Shown here one piece after another: positions 15,029-18,747 of a stretch of DNA of 18,747 nt. Position 1 is the stretch's first letter, and every line of letters starts with the position of its first letter. The notes under the pieces are model-generated. The model was not told where the DNA came from, did not search any database, and saw nothing but the letters and a program-made list of their open reading frames with translations. A program made the translations under genes and the position numbers. This DNA comes from Candidatus Auribacterota bacterium (GTDB lineage Bacteria; Auribacterota; UBA6266), in contig JAGLRQ010000008.1 in NCBI GenBank assembly GCA_023136205.1, positions 1-18,747 on the forward strand, in the 5' to 3' direction.

Positions 15029-15802
15029 TTATCTACAAAAACCACGCTTCGAAGCCTCTATAGCTTTCAGCAGTTTTTTTACTTCTTCTACAGGTTTACA
15101 TTCTGAATTTATTTTCTCAACTATTTTTTTAAGATTAATTGTTGTCTTTATTATCCTCACAGCTTTTTTAAGCTCCAAAATATTTTCAGGTTTGAATCCT
15201 CGGCGTTTTAAACCTATAAGATTAAGTCCATATAACTTTGAGGGATGTCCATCTGCCAGCGAATATGGCAAAACGTCCTGAACAACCTTCGAACACCCGC
15301 CTATAATAGAAGATTGCCCGATAACACAAAACTGATGAATTGCAACAATTCCTCCGATTATCACAAAATCTTCAATTGTGACATGTCCGGCAATGGCAGC
15401 ACTATTAGCGATAACCACATCATCACCGATTACGCTATTATGCCCGACATGAGCATAAGCCATAAGGAAACATCTCGAACCCACTACAGTTTTATGATTC
15501 TCCCCAACAGCAGAATGGACGGTAACACATTCCCTAAGGGTCGTGTTATCTCCAATCTCTACAATAGTTTTCTCACCTTTATATTTTAAATCCTGATTGC
15601 CCAAACCAACGCAGGCTCCGGGAAACAAAAAACAACATTTACCTATTTTGGTAATGCCGTCAATAACAACATGCGGATACAATTTTGTACCATCACCTAT
15701 CTCAACATCATCGCCAATAACCGAATAAGGGCCTATCTCAACATTATCGCCAATCTTCGCTTCAGGTGATACTACAGCTGTCTGATGTATCTTTTTCCCC
15801 AT
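15029..15802 (-). CDS. lpxA: Acyl-ACP--UDP-N-acetylglucosamine O-acyltransferase
   Basis: 257 aa. IHQTAVVSPEAKIGDNVEIGPYSVIG is followed by hexapeptide (left-handed beta-helix) repeats. AHVGHNSVIGD and the C-terminal helical domain (GLNLIGLKRRGF) are also present. Confidence 0.93.
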   Translation of the reverse strand: MGKKIHQTAVVSPEAKIGDNVEIGPYSVIGDDVEIGDGTKLYPHVVIDGITKIGKCCFLFPGACVGLGNQDLKYKGEKTIVEIGDNTTLRECVTVHSAVGENHKTVVGSRCFLMAYAHVGHNSVIGDDVVIANSAAIAGHVTIEDFVIIGGIVAIHQFCVIGQSSIIGGCSKVVQDVLPYSLADGHPSKLYGLNLIGLKRRGFKPENILELKKAVRIIKTTINLKKIVEKINSECKPVEEVKKLLKAIEASKRGFCR

Positions 15803-15826
15803 TTATATTCTTTCCCCTGTATTCTA

Positions 15827-17137
15827 TCAGGAATCAACAATGGCAAATTTCAATTCCGCCTCAGACACAATTTCATCTCCCACATAAGCTTTCCCTGAGA
15901 CAACTCCCGTGGTAGAACGCAATTTAACAACGTCTATCTCCAGCCTGAGCTGGTCGCCGGGAACTACAGGTTTTCTAAACTTTGCTTTATCTATCCCCAT
16001 AAAAAAGGCAAGCTTGCCCTGGTTATCCGCCTTTTTTAACATTAGGATACCAGCAACTTGAGCCAAGGCTTCAATCTGTAAAACTCCGGGCATAACAGGC
16101 CTCTCAGGAAAATGCCCATTAAAAAACTCTTCATTTACAGTTACATTTTTTATGCCCACTGCCCTTTTGTCTTCAACAATATCAATAACTCTATCAACAA
16201 GAAGAAAAGGATACCTATGGGGCAAAATTTGCTTAATTTTCTCTATACCCAAAACTATTTCGTCATAACCGGTAAGGCCAACGGGGACCGCTGATTTTTC
16301 TTTTTTCTTCATTGCTGATTTAATCAACCGGGCAAATTTCACATTCATGGGATGACCACTTTTAACGGCGACAACATGACTCTTAATCCTTGCTCCTATC
16401 AAAAATAGGTCTCCTATAAGATCAAGCATCTTATGCCTTACAAATTCATCCGGGAACCTGAGAGATTCCTTACTGAATATGGCATCTTTTCCAATAACTA
16501 CAGCATTGTCAAGGCTGCCTCCCTTTATAAGTCCTTGATCCATCAATGCTTCGACTTCGCTGTACAGGCAAAATGTCCGACTTGAAGCAATCTCTTTACT
16601 AAATGTTTCTTTTGTTATAGGCAGCGAAAGATACTGTGCTTTAACGGCAGGATGGTCATAAGCAATGGTATATGACATTTTAAAAGTGTCGGAAGGAAGA
16701 AGAATTAAGACAATGTCTCCTTCAACAATTGATATAGGTTCCTTGGGCATAAAATACTTTCTCGGGTATTCCTGTTCTACAATTCCTGCTTTGTCTATCA
16801 ACTCCGTAAATAACAAAGCACTGCCATCTCCGACAGGAGGTTCATTTGAATCAATTTCGATTAACAAATTATCAATACCCGAAGCGCACACTGATGCGAG
16901 AACATGTTCAACCGTATGAACCTTGACTCCATTTTCAGCTATTGTTGTTCCTCTTGTTACTCCAACAACATTTTCAACTGAAGCCTTTACAGTTGGAGAC
17001 TCCGGCAAATCAATCCTCGCAAACTTAATCCCTGAATTGGGTATAGCGGGTTTAAACGTAATTGTGGTCGTATTGCCGGTATGAACCCCTATGCCAGAAA
17101 AGCCTGTCTCTTTGGCAATTGTTCTTTGAGCATCCAT
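15827..17137 (-). CDS. lpxC/fabZ: Bifunctional UDP-3-O-acyl-GlcNAc deacetylase / 3-hydroxyacyl-ACP dehydratase (LpxC-FabZ fusion)
   Basis: The N-terminal ~285 aa are LpxC, with [45 protein letters not shown] and [10 protein letters not shown]. The C-terminal ~145 aa are FabZ, with [37 protein letters not shown] and the hot-dog fold. The track start is a GTG at 17143. ATG 17137 has AAGGG 5 nt upstream and matches the LpxC N-terminus. Confidence 0.92.
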   Translation of the reverse strand: MDAQRTIAKETGFSGIGVHTGNTTTITFKPAIPNSGIKFARIDLPESPTVKASVENVVGVTRGTTIAENGVKVHTVEHVLASVCASGIDNLLIEIDSNEPPVGDGSALLFTELIDKAGIVEQEYPRKYFMPKEPISIVEGDIVLILLPSDTFKMSYTIAYDHPAVKAQYLSLPITKETFSKEIASSRTFCLYSEVEALMDQGLIKGGSLDNAVVIGKDAIFSKESLRFPDEFVRHKMLDLIGDLFLIGARIKSHVVAVKSGHPMNVKFARLIKSAMKKKEKSAVPVGLTGYDEIVLGIEKIKQILPHRYPFLLVDRVIDIVEDKRAVGIKNVTVNEEFFNGHFPERPVMPGVLQIEALAQVAGILMLKKADNQGKLAFFMGIDKAKFRKPVVPGDQLRLEIDVVKLRSTTGVVSGKAYVGDEIVSEAELKFAIVDS

Positions 17138-17150
17138 AAACACCCTTTCG

Positions 17151-17654
17151 TTAATCTTTCTTCTCGTTTATTATTTTAATAATCTCATCAGTAATATTAT
17201 ATTCCGGTTTTTTAAAAATAAGAGCTCTATCCTGGAATATCAAGCTATAACCCTCTTTCTCAGCTTTTTCTTTAACCACAGCTTCAATCTCTTGCATTAT
17301 CTCTGTATACACCTTGTTTTTCATTCCGATAAGTTCCTGCTCAACTTTTACCCGGAAATTTCTTTGTTCGCTTATTTTCTGTAATATCAATCTTTCTTTT
17401 TCCTGTTTTTCCGTTTCTTTGAGAAGTTCCGCTTCTTTTTGAAGATTTCTAATCTCTTCCGTTGTAGCCCGAAATTCAACTTCCCTCTTTTTTTCTTCTT
17501 CTTCAAGGTTTCCCTGCGCAATTTTCGTGCCATGATATTCGGTAAAAACCTTTTCGATGTCTACATAAGCTATTTTCAACTCCTCAGCAAAAGTTGAACC
17601 AGCAAAAGAACACGCAATCGCAAAAACAATAATGCTGCTTATAATCCTTATCAT
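17151..17654 (-). CDS. skp: Periplasmic chaperone Skp (OmpH family)
   Basis: 167 aa with a signal peptide ending in [12 protein letters not shown] is followed by a long K/E-rich coiled-coil segment. It sits in the conserved position directly after bamA. The RBS is AAGGAGGG. Confidence 0.85.
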   Translation of the reverse strand: MIRIISSIIVFAIACSFAGSTFAEELKIAYVDIEKVFTEYHGTKIAQGNLEEEEKKREVEFRATTEEIRNLQKEAELLKETEKQEKERLILQKISEQRNFRVKVEQELIGMKNKVYTEIMQEIEAVVKEKAEKEGYSLIFQDRALIFKKPEYNITDEIIKIINEKKD

Positions 17655-17706
17655 TATTCCCTCCTTAGTGTTTTCCCTACGCTATTGCATAACTAAACAA
17701 ACTAAA

Positions 17707-18747
17707 CTAAAAAGAATATCCCATATTAAAGTGAAGAACACCATTTTTCTGCTTGTTAAAGTCGTCATATTTTACAGGCCAGCCGTAATCTATCCTTACA
17801 GGGCCAATCGGAAGATTTAATTTTATACCAACACCTGCTCCAGCATTAAGCGCAACATTGTAGAGATTAGTTCCTCCTTTATTGAAACTCCAGGAGTCAG
17901 ACCACACATTACCAAAATCAACAAAAGCGGCACCAAAAACTATCCTCTGGTATAAAGGAAAAGTTATTTCCGCCGAACCCCATGCCATGGTATTCCCACC
18001 TACCGGCTCTCCACGATTCTCCGCATTATTACTCTTAGGGCCTATCTCCCTGAAATTAAATCCTCTTATACTGCTTGATCCTCCAAGAAAAAACTTTTCA
18101 AAGAACGGTACTTCCTTCGCTCCTGAATGCTTGTCCACAACACCGGCTTCTCCGGCCAGCCTTAAAACTATCGCAAGTTCCGGGTCAATAAGAGGAAAAT
18201 ACATACTCGTCTGAGTAAAATACTTAACAAAATTTACGTTACCGCCAAGAGGACCTCCTCCAAAAGTAATTAAAGCCGCATTTTTCATGCCGCGCGACGG
18301 ATTAAAAAAGTTGTTTCTCGTATCTCTCGTTACCCCGAGGCCAATACTGCTTATATCGTGAGCACCTTCCTGTTGTTTAATGCTATAAGGAGCATACTGA
18401 TCTATATTCTTAATCCTTATCTGTTCAAATTGATATACTGTATCAATTCTGATAAATTCTCCCACGGGTTTGGCAAGCCGAACATCAAACCCCCTGTCAG
18501 TCTGAACATAATCAGTACTTAAAAACTTATATTCATTCGCAAAAATATCAAAGCCAAATGCTAATTTCTTACCCAAAAACCACGGCTCAGTCCAGCTCAA
18601 AAGAAGGTCATATCTTTTATTACCTGCCTGGGCTTTTATCCTTAATTTTTGTCCGGCACCGGTAAATGTAGGCCAGTTTTTCCAGTCAAAATTCGATTGT
18701 GTAATCTCAACAAAACCAACTATATCATCGGTAGAACTAAAACCGGC
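17707..18747 (-). CDS. bamA: Outer membrane protein assembly factor BamA, C-terminal beta-barrel (5' part off the right edge)
   Basis: The track ORF starts at an internal TTG (18600). I extended the frame by hand, and it stays open to 18747 (AGFSSTDDIVGFVEITQSNFDWKNWPTFTGAGQKLRIKAQAGNKRYDLLLSWTEPWF...). Barrel motifs are FFLGGSSSIRGF, the alternating strands, and a terminal aromatic (GYSF). Confidence 0.9.
   Translation of the reverse strand, partial: AGFSSTDDIVGFVEITQSNFDWKNWPTFTGAGQKLRIKAQAGNKRYDLLLSWTEPWFLGKKLAFGFDIFANEYKFLSTDYVQTDRGFDVRLAKPVGEFIRIDTVYQFEQIRIKNIDQYAPYSIKQQEGAHDISSIGLGVTRDTRNNFFNPSRGMKNAALITFGGGPLGGNVNFVKYFTQTSMYFPLIDPELAIVLRLAGEAGVVDKHSGAKEVPFFEKFFLGGSSSIRGFNFREIGPKSNNAENRGEPVGGNTMAWGSAEITFPLYQRIVFGAAFVDFGNVWSDSWSFNKGGTNLYNVALNAGAGVGIKLNLPIGPVRIDYGWPVKYDDFNKQKNGVLHFNMGYSF

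Noticed and set aside
1-18747. Search for sigma-54 promoters (TGGCAC-N5-TTGCA, GG-N10-GC) near the rpoN gene and in all spacers, on both strands
   Set aside because: Only partial matches were found, for example TGGCAATTGTTCTTTG at 17104 inside lpxC and GGTAGCATAGCAGC on the minus strand at 5619->5606. None has both the -24 and the -12 elements in a proper context.
1-18747. Expectation that the window hides a novel multi-gene (for example defence or mobile) system
   Set aside because: Every ORF longer than 130 aa except two has a confident housekeeping or envelope identity and sits in conserved synteny. There are no nucleases, ATPases of unknown type, integrases or toxin-like small gene pairs. 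Only the non-coding elements reported above remain unexplained.

Overview
This is an AT-rich chromosomal segment from a diderm bacterium, and it is almost entirely core housekeeping. There are 19 protein genes, 18 of them on the minus strand, plus 2 tRNAs. Read along the minus strand from right to left, the layout has four parts. (1) An outer-membrane and lipid A block: bamA (3' part, runs off the right edge), skp, a fused lpxC-fabZ, lpxA, lpxI, a Gfo/Idh/MocA oxidoreductase, lpxB, msbA and a DUF374 protein. (2) The translation block rpsB-tsf-pyrH-frr. (3) tRNA-Lys(UUU) and tRNA-Glu(UUC). (4) A small lipoprotein, a histidine phosphatase, rlmN and an AsmA-like membrane protein. The AsmA-like gene is convergent with the only plus-strand gene, rpoN (sigma-54). 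A truncated MBL-fold hydrolase lies divergent from rpoN at the left edge. I found no transposase, integrase, phage, CRISPR, toxin-antitoxin or recognisable defence genes, so I cannot support a novel protein-based system here. The unexplained signal is non-coding. A perfect-consensus promoter feeds a ~180-nt, almost fully base-paired leader ahead of the tRNAs. A 271-nt non-coding island bounded by direct repeats splits the lipid A/msbA string. These two places share a ~75-nt palindromic element, one copy of which looks like an insertion. Shorter hairpin motifs also recur in other spacers. The main coding-level point is the oxidoreductase between lpxI and lpxB, a candidate GnnA that would imply GlcN3N-type lipid A. 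All product calls rest on motif and family recognition by eye and on synteny. No database search or folding calculation was run.
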